DNA of 64,000 nt, from assembly GCA_030649135.1 (NCBI GenBank), contig JAUSGI010000002.1, positions 6,294 to 70,293 of the forward strand, written 5' to 3'. Positions 19,688-29,846 of this stretch are shown here, in pieces. The translations under genes were made by a program, and so were the position numbers. Position 1 is the first letter of the stretch. Every line of letters begins with the position of its first letter. Source of the DNA: a bacterium. GTDB taxonomy: Bacteria; Patescibacteriota; Minisyncoccia; Phycocordibacterales; Zambryskibacteraceae. Below the pieces are notes generated by a model. That model was not told the DNA's origin, searched no databases, and saw nothing but the letters and a program-made list of their open reading frames with translations.

Positions 19688-20557
19688 TTATATTTCTTCA
19701 AAATCCAAGTGTTTTATTTGGCTGAACTGTTCCTCAAGACTACCGAATCTTTTAAGAGTATATGGATTATGATAAAAAGCTTCTTCGGGCGAGACTTCTC
19801 TAAACTTCCCCTGCGCCACATCTCTCCTGACAAAGAAAGCATCAAGGCCATGGCTATCACAGGCTACCAAGTTGTAGCCTTTTTTTATCGCTAATTTTGA
19901 CAAAGCTCTCAAAGAAGCGCCGTAATAAAAATCATTCTGATAACGACGGGCCGGATTGTAAGGAATAGTCAAAGAGCGATGGCCCATGGCGGTGTTATAT
20001 TCCATCACTACTACCCTCGGATTAATCACGTTAATCGCTTCCCACACCCAGTAGTCATTACCATCTATATCTATAGAGAGTAGGTCAATTTCACCTCCAA
20101 TGCCGTTATCTTGAAGCAATTGGTTTATATTTTCAGCGGTGACCAAACACGCGGCTACTTTGACCTTATATTCTTGGTAAAAATCCCTGGCCCTTTTTAC
20201 CCACTCCTCGTTGGCATCAATCAAGAGTCCATTCCAGCCAAAGTTTCGAGACAAATTCGCGGTATTACATTCTGTGCCGTCTTCTACACCTACTTCCACA
20301 AATATACAATTAGTCATTCCTATCTTGGAGAAGATGAGAGCCAAGATACCATCGCCACCGTGCTTGGAATAAACTTTAAATTCCGCATTTTTGAAAGCTA
20401 TTTTTTGACTTAAATTGGGGTCGGCTATTCCCTGATAGTAAGTCAAGAACAAGTTGCCCAACCGTTCTTCGAGAATATTAATTTTCTCTGGATAGAAAAT
20501 GTCCCTAATAAAAGCAAGAAGCTGTGGGGGTAGAAACTTTTTAATATAGTGTTTCAT
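19688..20557 (-). CDS. FkbM-family methyltransferase-like protein
   Basis: ATG start at 20557. Motifs FVEVGVEDGTEC and LLSIDIDGNDYWV match the Methyltransf_21 pattern. Confidence 0.5.
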   Translation of the reverse strand: MKHYIKKFLPPQLLAFIRDIFYPEKINILEERLGNLFLTYYQGIADPNLSQKIAFKNAEFKVYSKHGGDGILALIFSKIGMTNCIFVEVGVEDGTECNTANLSRNFGWNGLLIDANEEWVKRARDFYQEYKVKVAACLVTAENINQLLQDNGIGGEIDLLSIDIDGNDYWVWEAINVINPRVVVMEYNTAMGHRSLTIPYNPARRYQNDFYYGASLRALSKLAIKKGYNLVACDSHGLDAFFVRRDVAQGKFREVSPEEAFYHNPYTLKRFGSLEEQFSQIKHLDFEEI

Positions 20558-20571
20558 ATATAGCAATAAGC
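20535..20571. repeat. Direct repeat copy 2
   Basis: Same 32-bp string as at 19650-19686. Confidence 0.7.
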
Positions 20572-21770
20572 TTAGCTATTTGAACATTTAAATTGAAGTT
20601 TGTTTTGATTCTATCTAAACCAGCTTTACCAAATCTTTCTGCTTTTTCAGGATGGTTGATTAAATCAAGCATTTTTTCTGCCACTTCTTTTGTATGGAAA
20701 GGATTAACCACATATCCAGTGATACCATCCTCAATGATTTCCGGCGCTCCCCCATAGCAAGTGCCCACCACCGGTTTGGCGCAGGCCATCGCCTCAAGCA
20801 CGATTCTGGGGAAAGAATCGAAGATAATTGATGGCACCAAGACAAGGTCGGCACAGGCATAAGCAGATTTTATCTCGTCCCTTTCTATCCAACCAGTAAA
20901 AATTAGTCTACCCCCTATTCCCAACTTGTCTGCCGCCTCTTTCATGCTGGCGGCATACCCCTCCATTTTACCCGCAACCAGGAGTACTACATTATCTACT
21001 TCCTTCTCAAGCTCTGCCATCACTTCAAGTGCCTTTCCCCCGCCTTTAGCCTCACTTAACCGCCCACCGAACAATATTACTTTTTTATTTGTTAGATTAT
21101 ACTTTTCTCTAAATTGGGCTACTTCTTCTCCACTCGTGCGCCACAAATTCACATCAGCTCCGAAATACATCACTTCTACATTTACAATACCATTTTGTTC
21201 AAGAGCTTTTTTTAAGGCACCGCTTACTGCAAAAATTTTGTCCGCGTGTTTGAGATACTTTCTAATGAATAAATTACGAAGGGGATTCCACCTTTTTCTC
21301 GCCTGTTTCAGATGGTCAAACCAAGTTGTATGGGCATCAAAATTTTCCAAATACCGCTTGGTGTGTAGTTTCCCATAATTAAAAGACATGACATCATGAG
21401 CAGTCAAAACCACTACTTTGCTAAACCGCTTCGCAATCACCAGAGTATGGTAAGAGAGGTAGAAGTGAATGTTGTGGGCATGCACTACATCCGGCTTAAT
21501 GTTCTTAAGAAGTTTTGCCACTTGGCGTACAACTGGAGGATTGTACAGACCAAGATAGGAACGCCATCTGGTGGAATAATTGCTGGTAATTTTCCAAACT
21601 TTTATACCATGGTATTCCGATACTCCCGCCTCATCTCTATTTCTACACGTAGTGATCACATAAATCTCGTGACCCATCCTTTTCATGGCGATGGCAAAAT
21701 CATATGCGACAATCCCCGCCCCCCCAAAGCTCTGTGGCGGAAAATCGTCTGAAAGAAAGACTATTCTCAT
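20541..21770 (-). CDS. Glycosyltransferase family 4 (GT-B, Glycos_transf_1)
   Basis: N-terminal Glyco_trans_4 region FPPQSFGGAGIV and the C-terminal EX7E-type region FPRIVLEAMACAKPVV. Confidence 0.8.
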   Translation of the reverse strand: MRIVFLSDDFPPQSFGGAGIVAYDFAIAMKRMGHEIYVITTCRNRDEAGVSEYHGIKVWKITSNYSTRWRSYLGLYNPPVVRQVAKLLKNIKPDVVHAHNIHFYLSYHTLVIAKRFSKVVVLTAHDVMSFNYGKLHTKRYLENFDAHTTWFDHLKQARKRWNPLRNLFIRKYLKHADKIFAVSGALKKALEQNGIVNVEVMYFGADVNLWRTSGEEVAQFREKYNLTNKKVILFGGRLSEAKGGGKALEVMAELEKEVDNVVLLVAGKMEGYAASMKEAADKLGIGGRLIFTGWIERDEIKSAYACADLVLVPSIIFDSFPRIVLEAMACAKPVVGTCYGGAPEIIEDGITGYVVNPFHTKEVAEKMLDLINHPEKAERFGKAGLDRIKTNFNLNVQIAKLIAIYETLY

Positions 21771-23515
21771 ATTTTACGGTAAATGGCTATATCATCGAAT
21801 TCGGCCACTTTAGTTAGGAATTTGTATTTATCCAAATTCCAGAGAGGGTCACTCTTTTTATCCCAAACAAGATACGCCACTTCGTACTTAGTCCAGAGAT
21901 TCTTTAACCATTCCGCCGCGGGTAGAGAAAGCGTTTTTTTATAGGAAAGAGCAATTTCTCTGATTTTCTCATCGGGAAACGCCTCATGTGAACCAAAAAG
22001 CTCCCGATAATGAATCCCGTAAGCCTCAAAAGAAACTTTCTCGCGATCCTTGAGAAACGCATCTTCTACTTCTTTACTGTCCACACCAGCAAGCCTATAA
22101 AACGAAAACATGGTATTAAGCTGACGCGCATAGGTAGCGGATAGGGAGGCAAATGAAGTTGACCGATGGTAAAAAACATTCAGAGGAGTGTAGATAACAG
22201 TTATATGAGAAATCTCGTCATTGGCAAAGACAACAGACTCCTTCTCTGCATTCAGATTGAGCCATTTCATAACCGGCCCATATCTCTGACGCCCAATGAG
22301 AACCGTGCCCCCATCACCCATATCATGAGAATAGGAGTAAGCCTGGACATAAATACCTGTCGTGACACTTGTCACGATAATGAGAACGGCCAAAGCCTTC
22401 TTGTAGAAATCCAGCTTCCAACGAGCAAGCAGGTAGAAAATCACTATGAGCATAAAAATAATAGCCATCGGTTTGTGGAAAAACCAGTGGTAATGCGGCG
22501 CTTCAAGCACTTTGCCCGTGAAAAGCTGTTGATTCAGTGTGACAAAAGGGGTTAAGAGTAAAGCTAAACCAAAAAAATACTTTTCCCTATCCCCTTTCGG
22601 GAAACCTAAGAAAAAAATGATTAGGGCAACAATCACTCCCCAACCAACGAACAAGGGCGCATGGGTTAGAAGTACACCAATATTTGAACTAACTTCATTG
22701 TATGCGGGAAATTGGGTAACTCGGTATAGATTGATAACATAAGGGGTGGCCACCAAAAATGCGCCTAAAAATACGCTGGATATTCTTACCGCCTCTCGCC
22801 ATTTTTTCTGGATGAGAAGCAGCAAAACCAAAACGCCGCCAAAAGAATATAGGTACGTCCATGTGTAAAAATAGTTATAAAAATTCAAACCTAAGAGAAT
22901 GGCGCTAATAACACCGTACTGCCACTTCCGTTTGCGATAGAACAACCAAAAGGCGATTAGGAAGGCAAAAAGAAAAAAGTAGATCATAGCGGGATTCACC
23001 GGCTTGGAGAGCCGTAAAAAATTTTCGTAACTAACGCCGTGGAAGAATAACTGAACAAGGCCGGATTTGCTCAAAATAGAATCCGCCAGTAAATTTACTG
23101 CCGCACCGCAAAGGGCGACCAACTTATCTTTAGATAACAAAAAGACAAAGCCGTAAATTAAAAGGAAAACAATAAACGAGAGCACAAACCGAGATAACAA
23201 GAAGGTATTATTGATATCAAGGGAGAATATTTCCCCCATGTAGGCCACCACCATTGACCCCAGTGGCTGCAGGAGATACGGGTTATCCTTACCATCTTTT
23301 TGATAGATATTGCCGAAATTGGGGTGTCCATCTTGTACTTCCCGGGCTCGCGCCGACCAGGGAGAATCGGGCAACAACTCTATGCCTTGATAAATACCGT
23401 CATTTCTATGTTCAAGACGGAAATAAACCTGCGGTGAAGCCGCAATCACGGAGGTAAGTACAGCCAAAGCAATGGCCACCCGATGTTCACGGAGTATTTG
23501 TTTAAACTGATTCAT
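21767..23515 (-). CDS. Large polytopic membrane protein, putative GT-C-type glycosyltransferase (paralog of 34373..36079)
   Basis: About 12 TM helices plus a C-terminal soluble domain. Paralogy with the 34373 gene shows in the ARxxEVxDGxPxxGN and C-terminal ANDxIS blocks. A 4-nt overlap with the GT4 gene suggests co-translation. Confidence 0.45.
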   Translation of the reverse strand: MNQFKQILREHRVAIALAVLTSVIAASPQVYFRLEHRNDGIYQGIELLPDSPWSARAREVQDGHPNFGNIYQKDGKDNPYLLQPLGSMVVAYMGEIFSLDINNTFLLSRFVLSFIVFLLIYGFVFLLSKDKLVALCGAAVNLLADSILSKSGLVQLFFHGVSYENFLRLSKPVNPAMIYFFLFAFLIAFWLFYRKRKWQYGVISAILLGLNFYNYFYTWTYLYSFGGVLVLLLLIQKKWREAVRISSVFLGAFLVATPYVINLYRVTQFPAYNEVSSNIGVLLTHAPLFVGWGVIVALIIFFLGFPKGDREKYFFGLALLLTPFVTLNQQLFTGKVLEAPHYHWFFHKPMAIIFMLIVIFYLLARWKLDFYKKALAVLIIVTSVTTGIYVQAYSYSHDMGDGGTVLIGRQRYGPVMKWLNLNAEKESVVFANDEISHITVIYTPLNVFYHRSTSFASLSATYARQLNTMFSFYRLAGVDSKEVEDAFLKDREKVSFEAYGIHYRELFGSHEAFPDEKIREIALSYKKTLSLPAAEWLKNLWTKYEVAYLVWDKKSDPLWNLDKYKFLTKVAEFDDIAIYRKI

Positions 23516-24122
23516 TTTTAGAGTTTACCATAATAAATGTTGGGGAAAGAAATCCCACCAGCTTTTTAATTTTAAAAAAGAAGAAATTAAGATAGGGAAA
23601 GTATCCATAAATTTGGTAGCCACTGGCAAGCTTTTTAATACCCCTCAAATCAAAAAACTGTTTGTGGTCAGCATTTTGCAGTTTCTGGGGAGTCCAACCC
23701 CATAATTTAACAACATGATAAAACCAGAAAGCAGAATTGGGGGTAGTGATGATGGCAGTTCCTCCCGTTTTGAGAGTCCGCCCAATCTCTCTAATTAAAA
23801 AGTCCGGTTTGTGCAAATGCTCAATGACGTCGGTACACCAAATTAAGTCGAAATAGTTATTTCCAAAAGGGAGACCATTTTCAAGGTCATGTTTTATAGC
23901 TTCTTGGTATTTGGGCTCAATGTCTAGAGAAATGACCGTATAGCCAAACTCTTTTATTCTCTCCGACCAGTAACCATCTCTGCAACCCATATCGAGAGCG
24001 ACTAGCCCCTCCCCAGACTTCGGAATGAGAGACAGAGCAATCATTTTCTCTGCCGCGCCATGTTTATACTCAGCTTGCCCCAGATCGATAGGCAGTTTTT
24101 TCAGTAAAGAGATTAAATTCAT
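23502..24122 (-). CDS. Class I SAM-dependent methyltransferase
   Basis: Motif I LDMGCRDGYW and DLIWCTDVIEHL. Confidence 0.75.
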   Translation of the reverse strand: MNLISLLKKLPIDLGQAEYKHGAAEKMIALSLIPKSGEGLVALDMGCRDGYWSERIKEFGYTVISLDIEPKYQEAIKHDLENGLPFGNNYFDLIWCTDVIEHLHKPDFLIREIGRTLKTGGTAIITTPNSAFWFYHVVKLWGWTPQKLQNADHKQFFDLRGIKKLASGYQIYGYFPYLNFFFFKIKKLVGFLSPTFIMVNSKNESV

Positions 24123-24133
24123 TTCGGTTTATT

Positions 24134-25813
24134 TTACATCGTTTGATCACTTTTCTCAACGACAAAAATTAGACTCAAACCAAAACCTAGATTAATTTTG
24201 TTTTCAATATATTTGAACCAAAAATTCAAGACCTTAAAAAAAATGCCCTTTTTATTCTTGCCCCCCCTAATACTTTCAAAATGAGATTCTCTCTTTAAAA
24301 CTTTATACAAAATCCAATAAGGCAGAACTCCAAGCATATTCCAATATCTCACTTTTATTATTTTCAGCCCCAAATCTTCAAGCTCACGCGAAAGCTCTTT
24401 TTTGCTAAAGCGCCTAAAATATCCCATCATCTTATCTCTCGAGCCATATAGCGAAGGGAGTGCCGGAACCACTAAAATCAATCTCCCCTCTTTATTTAGA
24501 AGAGAGATGGCCTTTATGAGATTTTTTTTGTAGTCTTCAAGGCATTCCAAAACATCAATCATGATAATGTTGTCAAATCTCTTCTGGGAATCATACTGCT
24601 CAATAGAGACTTGATTAATGTCCAATTTACCAAAAAACTTTTCCGATAAATCAACCAATTTTTTATCCGGTTCTATCCCCTTCACCTCTATGTTCTTTTG
24701 GAGAGCCTTGGAAACCAAGAGCCCCAGTCCTGCTCCGATATCAAGAAGATTACCTTTTCTTAAGAAATTTAGAACAAAATCAGCCAGATTATTATTTCTA
24801 AAATCCTCTTCGGGGTTATTAAGATTTGAGTAAAATTCTGTGTGTGTTTTAGCTTGGTAGTCAAAAGTTCTTTTACCAAAAAAATTTCTATACCAAAAAG
24901 CCCAAACAAAAAACAGGAAAGAAAAAAGGATGATTTGGATATGGAGAATAAAACTCAGGTTGAAAGCATCCTCTATACTGACACTTAAAAGGACGAGTCC
25001 ACCGGCCACCGTTCCCTCAAACGCTCCAAAGTTTCCAATTAGATTGATGGGAATTAAACTGGCTAAAGCCGGGAAGACTCCAATAAACGCCGCCTCTATA
25101 AGAGAGAAATCAAACCCGGCAGAAAGTAATATCACCAAGACAAAGAGTGTGTCTAAAACCCAAACAAAAAGCGAGAGTGTGGCAAGAATAGCTAATCTTT
25201 TGAAATTCTTAATCTGCTCAAGAGCGAGAAAGGTTTCTGCCATAATCCGAGAAAATTTATTTAGGAACGAGTTTTTGAAAGAAAGACCGGAAAAAAATCT
25301 ACTTAATTCATGTCGATAAAAAACAATACCCCAAAGGATGACCACGCCAGATATTAAAATAGACACGATAAAAGTTAATGGGGTTGATGCTAAAAAACTT
25401 GGATTCTGACGAAAAATAAAAAAACCTGATATTAAAAAAAAGGTCAATACTATTAAAAGGTCGAAAACTCTAGCCAGCACGAGCGAAGTTACATTTTCTC
25501 CATTCGAGATATTCTTTTCTTCATTAACCATATAAAGGTACGTTATTTCTCCGGATCTAAAAGGCAATATGTTGTTCCAGAAACTATGTATGGAGACTAT
25601 ACTCAATAGTTTTTTTAGGCTAATTTTATTTCTTAGGACAAAACGAAAACGTAAAGTTTTAGCTACCAAATTTAAAATATACAGAAAGAAAGCCAGGACA
25701 ACTATAACGGGATTAATATTTTTAAGAATTTCAAATAAACCACTATCACCACTAAATCGCCATAATAAGTAAGCGACAATAACTGTAGTGGCTGCGGTTG
25801 CAATAATCTTCAT
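24134..25813 (-). CDS. Fusion protein: flippase-like/UPF0104 (lysyl-PG-synthase-type TM) domain plus C-terminal SAM methyltransferase
   Basis: The N-terminal 8-10 TM region has UPF0104-like features. The C-terminal part carries LLDIGAGLGLL and LILVVP methyltransferase motifs. Confidence 0.55.
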   Translation of the reverse strand: MKIIATAATTVIVAYLLWRFSGDSGLFEILKNINPVIVVLAFFLYILNLVAKTLRFRFVLRNKISLKKLLSIVSIHSFWNNILPFRSGEITYLYMVNEEKNISNGENVTSLVLARVFDLLIVLTFFLISGFFIFRQNPSFLASTPLTFIVSILISGVVILWGIVFYRHELSRFFSGLSFKNSFLNKFSRIMAETFLALEQIKNFKRLAILATLSLFVWVLDTLFVLVILLSAGFDFSLIEAAFIGVFPALASLIPINLIGNFGAFEGTVAGGLVLLSVSIEDAFNLSFILHIQIILFSFLFFVWAFWYRNFFGKRTFDYQAKTHTEFYSNLNNPEEDFRNNNLADFVLNFLRKGNLLDIGAGLGLLVSKALQKNIEVKGIEPDKKLVDLSEKFFGKLDINQVSIEQYDSQKRFDNIIMIDVLECLEDYKKNLIKAISLLNKEGRLILVVPALPSLYGSRDKMMGYFRRFSKKELSRELEDLGLKIIKVRYWNMLGVLPYWILYKVLKRESHFESIRGGKNKKGIFFKVLNFWFKYIENKINLGFGLSLIFVVEKSDQTM

Positions 25814-26856
25814 AGAGAAATGTGTCTGCCCCGGCTACGCATCGACTCTGAAGCTTTTTCAAGAAGATGGACCACTTGCTCTCCAAAAAATCCATCTGTT
25901 ACCGGTACTTTGTTTGATAAAATTAAATCTATAAAAGCAGCGCAGGCAGATTTAAGAGGTTCGTCATCGTAAGAGACGCCCGGAAGCTCATCACCTTTCC
26001 CGCCTAAAAAATCTTCAATACAAGCATCGAGAGCGCGCGATGGGGAATAACTTTCTTCCGTAGGATAGATTCGAGCCGTTCTTCCGGCAAAACTTCCTTC
26101 GTAGATAATCGTTTTCTCCTTACCTACAATACTGGCTCGGGCAGCCTTAGGAACATGGAGTCCTCGCACAGTCTGGTCTTTCCAAGCCAATTTAATTTCC
26201 GAACGAGTACCATCCTCAAAATGAACCTCCCCCTCAAGAGCCGACGGCGTTTGTGTATCTGGTATTCGTTCAATAATATTCATATGAAGTGAAACAGGTT
26301 TTTTGCCTATCAAAAAAAGCATAGAAGAAAAGGCATGGGGCCCAGAATCCCATAAAACGTCCGGCCCTTGGGGTTTTGCTCGAGCTCCGAGCCACTCAAA
26401 ACGAGAATGATAAATTTCTCCAAGCTTACCTTCATCAATTAGTTTTCGTTTTTCTATAAACACAGCGTCGTGGCAAAAGGTATGGTCGATAAAAATATTT
26501 AAGTGTTTCTTTTTGGCCAGATTATTAAGAAGGACTGCGCCCTTTTTTGTCACAGTCATTGGCTTTTCTATGTAGACATGCTTTCCTGCTTCAAGCACTT
26601 GGCGAGCAATATCAAGATGGGTGGCCGGTGGAGTAACGACAATCACGGCGTCTACCTGATGCTTGGAGTTATCCAGAAGTTCACTTATTTTTGTTGTACC
26701 TTTTATGCCAGAAACCTTCTCAGCCTCACCTAAAAGACCGGGGTCAAGGTCACAAATAACGGTCACTTTGGCCTGGGGTATGGATTGAAATTTATCAATT
26801 AGCTTCGGCCCCCAATACCCTAAACCAACTATTCCTAGATTTACCGTATTTTTCAT
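25810..26856 (-). CDS. Gfo/Idh/MocA-family NAD(P)-dependent oxidoreductase
   Basis: N-terminus LGIVGLGYWG and the EKP motif. Confidence 0.75.
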   Translation of the reverse strand: MKNTVNLGIVGLGYWGPKLIDKFQSIPQAKVTVICDLDPGLLGEAEKVSGIKGTTKISELLDNSKHQVDAVIVVTPPATHLDIARQVLEAGKHVYIEKPMTVTKKGAVLLNNLAKKKHLNIFIDHTFCHDAVFIEKRKLIDEGKLGEIYHSRFEWLGARAKPQGPDVLWDSGPHAFSSMLFLIGKKPVSLHMNIIERIPDTQTPSALEGEVHFEDGTRSEIKLAWKDQTVRGLHVPKAARASIVGKEKTIIYEGSFAGRTARIYPTEESYSPSRALDACIEDFLGGKGDELPGVSYDDEPLKSACAAFIDLILSNKVPVTDGFFGEQVVHLLEKASESMRSRGRHISL

Positions 26857-26860
26857 ACTT

Positions 26861-27763
26861 CTATCTGAAAGTCTTAATAACGAATTTAGGATTCTCTCTG
26901 CAATCTATAAATCTTCCCAGATTCCAAATGACGCTTAAAAGAGGCAGTATGATAATGATAAGTATGGATGAAGGCCAAAAGCCACCAGTAAGAACACCGC
27001 TTATGAGTAATAACCCAATAAATATTGTAAAGTAAATAGTTTTTTTTCTAATATTCTCAAGAGACTCCTGGTTCCTTTTTCTGATAAAAGGAACCACGAG
27101 GATGTCATTCATGATAATAAAGATTCTTTCTAGCCCGTAATGAGACTTGCCGGCCAGTCTGACTCTGTCTGGTACTTGTACTTCTGTAAAATCTTTCGGA
27201 TCAATATCATATATTACAGGAGAGAATCTGTTATTAAAACCTTTCGGTGTGTAATAATTTTTTATCACATCAGAACGATAAGCTTTAAGAGTGCACCCTG
27301 TATCGTGAACGGAAAAACCGGTGACCAGCGAAATAAGCTTGTTGGCAACTACCGATGGTATCACGCGATCAATAAGACCGATGCGTTTTTCTCTCCGACC
27401 ACTGACAACTTTGAAGCCGTCATTTATTTTGTTGACTAAAACTGGTATAAAACGCGGGTCATTCTGAATATCGCCATCAATAGTCACAATCACCTTACCT
27501 CGAGCTTTAGAGACGCCGGCGTAAACGGCCCAATTTTCCCCAACATTAAACTCTAAATCACAATAATGAAAATTATTGTCGTCTCTTCCGCGAATTTGCT
27601 CTAAAACTTTAAGGGTATCATCGTTTGAAAAATCGTTAACAAAAATTATTTCATAGCCCTTGTTATAAACGTCGAGAGATTCCTTTATCTCTTCATATAG
27701 CTGCATGGCATTACCTTCCTCATCATGCATTGGGACTACTACTGATATTTCAAGGTCATTCAT
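26861..27763 (-). CDS. GT2 polyprenyl-phosphate glycosyltransferase (GtrB/ArnC/DPM1-like) with C-terminal TM helices
   Basis: Motifs VVVPMHDEEGN, VNDFSNDDT and DGDIQNDP, followed by two C-terminal TM helices. Confidence 0.8.
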   Translation of the reverse strand: MNDLEISVVVPMHDEEGNAMQLYEEIKESLDVYNKGYEIIFVNDFSNDDTLKVLEQIRGRDDNNFHYCDLEFNVGENWAVYAGVSKARGKVIVTIDGDIQNDPRFIPVLVNKINDGFKVVSGRREKRIGLIDRVIPSVVANKLISLVTGFSVHDTGCTLKAYRSDVIKNYYTPKGFNNRFSPVIYDIDPKDFTEVQVPDRVRLAGKSHYGLERIFIIMNDILVVPFIRKRNQESLENIRKKTIYFTIFIGLLLISGVLTGGFWPSSILIIIILPLLSVIWNLGRFIDCRENPKFVIKTFR

Positions 27764-27775
27764 TTACACAATAAA

Positions 27776-28879
27776 TTACTGCTTAAAAAAGTCCTTCACG
27801 ACCGAGATAGTATACTCGATCTCCTCTTCAGTCAACTCAGCGAAGACGGGCAGAGCAATATTATCTTTTGAATATTGCTCCGCTCTGGGGAAAGAGCCAG
27901 CCGGAAGCTTGGCATGACTCCACGCTTCTTGAGTATGTAGAGGATATGGGTAGTAGCTCCCATTGCCTATTTCCTTTTCATCCAAATATTTTTTGAAAGC
28001 CTCTCTATTATTGGCGTAAAATATTCCTTGATGATAGACGGATTCTCCGTTGATAGATTCCGACATGGGAACGAGTGGCAAGTCTTTAAAAGCTTCTTTG
28101 TATCTTTTATAGATATCGACCCTTCTTTTGTTTCTCTCATCAAGAACTTTCAGCCCAAATAATAACCAAGCGGCTTGAATTTCGTCTAGCCGGCTGTTCC
28201 AACCATAGATGGTATGGAGATACTTGCTCTTCTCACCATGGTGAGCCAGCTGTACGATTTTTGAGTACAAATTGCTATCATCGGTAGTAATAGCCCCGGC
28301 ATCCCCGACTGCTCTAAGATTTTTAACCGGACCAAGACTGAAAACGCCAATCTTACCCAGACTACCAACTTTTTTACCATTGATCGATGCCCCTTGAGCT
28401 TGAGAAGCATCTTCAATGACAGGCACCCCGCTCTCTTCGGAAACCTTGAGGATTTCCTCCATTGCCGATGGGACGCCGAGCAGGTGGACCACTAAAATGG
28501 CCTTGGTCTTTTTGTTGATCGCTTTTTTCAATTGCTCCAAATCAGGTCCGTAATCATTTTCACTTTTATCAACTAGAACGGGAGTGGCTCCAATGGCCAT
28601 GATCGGTTCGATATCAGCGATGAAAGCATTGGCGTGAGTGATGACTTCATCGCCATGGCCGATATCAAAGGCTTTCAGGCTCAAAAAAATGGCATCCGTA
28701 CCTGAGGCCACACCCAAACAATGTTTAACGCCTAAATATTGGGAAAATTTTTCCTCAAAATCTTTTTTATAAGGACCGTTTAAAAGACGCCCGGACAAAA
28801 TAATGCCCCGAACTTGTACCAGCCATTCTTCAGCAATTTCTTTATTAAATCTCGTTAAATCCAGCAGTGGTACTTTCAT
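27776..28879 (-). CDS. DegT/DnrJ/EryC1/StrS-family PLP-dependent sugar aminotransferase
   Basis: GVASGTDAI and the conserved lysine region SLGPVKNL. Confidence 0.85.
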   Translation of the reverse strand: MKVPLLDLTRFNKEIAEEWLVQVRGIILSGRLLNGPYKKDFEEKFSQYLGVKHCLGVASGTDAIFLSLKAFDIGHGDEVITHANAFIADIEPIMAIGATPVLVDKSENDYGPDLEQLKKAINKKTKAILVVHLLGVPSAMEEILKVSEESGVPVIEDASQAQGASINGKKVGSLGKIGVFSLGPVKNLRAVGDAGAITTDDSNLYSKIVQLAHHGEKSKYLHTIYGWNSRLDEIQAAWLLFGLKVLDERNKRRVDIYKRYKEAFKDLPLVPMSESINGESVYHQGIFYANNREAFKKYLDEKEIGNGSYYPYPLHTQEAWSHAKLPAGSFPRAEQYSKDNIALPVFAELTEEEIEYTISVVKDFFKQ

Positions 28880-28891
28880 ATTAATTATAGT

Positions 28892-29845
28892 TTACTGCTT
28901 ATTTCGCCAATAAGTAATCGCTTTGTTAAGGCCTTCGTCTAATGAATATCGCGCTTGCCACCCCAAAACTTTTTTAGCCTTAGAAGAATCGAGGGAAAGA
29001 TAATCTTCAGCTATTGGACGCGTGGGATAATCTGGCGGGAAACGTTCTGCAATAATTTTCCCCTTAAACCCAAGCATGGATTTAATTTTTTTAGCTAGCT
29101 CCATCATTGTAATGCCAGAGCCATTGCCAAAGTTAAAAGTCCGATTGACTTCTTTTGATCTAAGCAAGGTTAGATACGCATTGACGTGGTCGTCAACATA
29201 CATCAAATCTCTCACTGCTTTCGGGGTGCCGATATAGACATCTTCCCCTGCCAACATTTTAGTAATGAGATACTCGACGATGAAACCTGCATTATGTTTT
29301 CTGCCGTAGGTATTGCATGGACGGAGAATTATATACGGTAAACCAAAAACTTTGCTAACCATTTCTAGATAGTATTCGCAAGCCGCCTTGGAGACCGCAT
29401 AAGGGCTACCGGGATGCAATAAAATATTTTCTTTAAAAGGTCTCTTCTCCTTCTGGAAACCATATGTCTCCATGGTCGAGGCAAAAATAAATTTCTTTAA
29501 TCTCGGAAGGTTAAGAGCAGCATGTATTAGATTAATAGTGCCAAGGTAATTTGCCTCATTAAATTCATGTGGCATCTCAAAAGAGTCGCGTACGGCAGTT
29601 TGGGCGCCGATATGCAAGATATAATCTGGCGCAAATTTTTTAACTACATTTTGTAGGGCATAATAATCAGTAAGGTTGGCCCTTAAAAGCGTTACCTTGT
29701 GAGCAATATCGGCAATTGGATCAAGGTCGTTCTTATTCGATGAAATACGGACTAAACCAGCAACTCGATACTTGCTGTCTTTGACTAGCTTACGAGCTAG
29801 TTCGCTGCCAATAAAACCGGTAATGCCAGTAATAAGTATCTTCAT
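28892..29845 (-). CDS. NAD-dependent nucleotide-sugar epimerase/dehydratase
   Basis: Rossmann N-terminus TGITGFIGSEL and the YxxxK motif. Confidence 0.8.
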   Translation of the reverse strand: MKILITGITGFIGSELARKLVKDSKYRVAGLVRISSNKNDLDPIADIAHKVTLLRANLTDYYALQNVVKKFAPDYILHIGAQTAVRDSFEMPHEFNEANYLGTINLIHAALNLPRLKKFIFASTMETYGFQKEKRPFKENILLHPGSPYAVSKAACEYYLEMVSKVFGLPYIILRPCNTYGRKHNAGFIVEYLITKMLAGEDVYIGTPKAVRDLMYVDDHVNAYLTLLRSKEVNRTFNFGNGSGITMMELAKKIKSMLGFKGKIIAERFPPDYPTRPIAEDYLSLDSSKAKKVLGWQARYSLDEGLNKAITYWRNKQ

Positions 29846-29846
29846 A

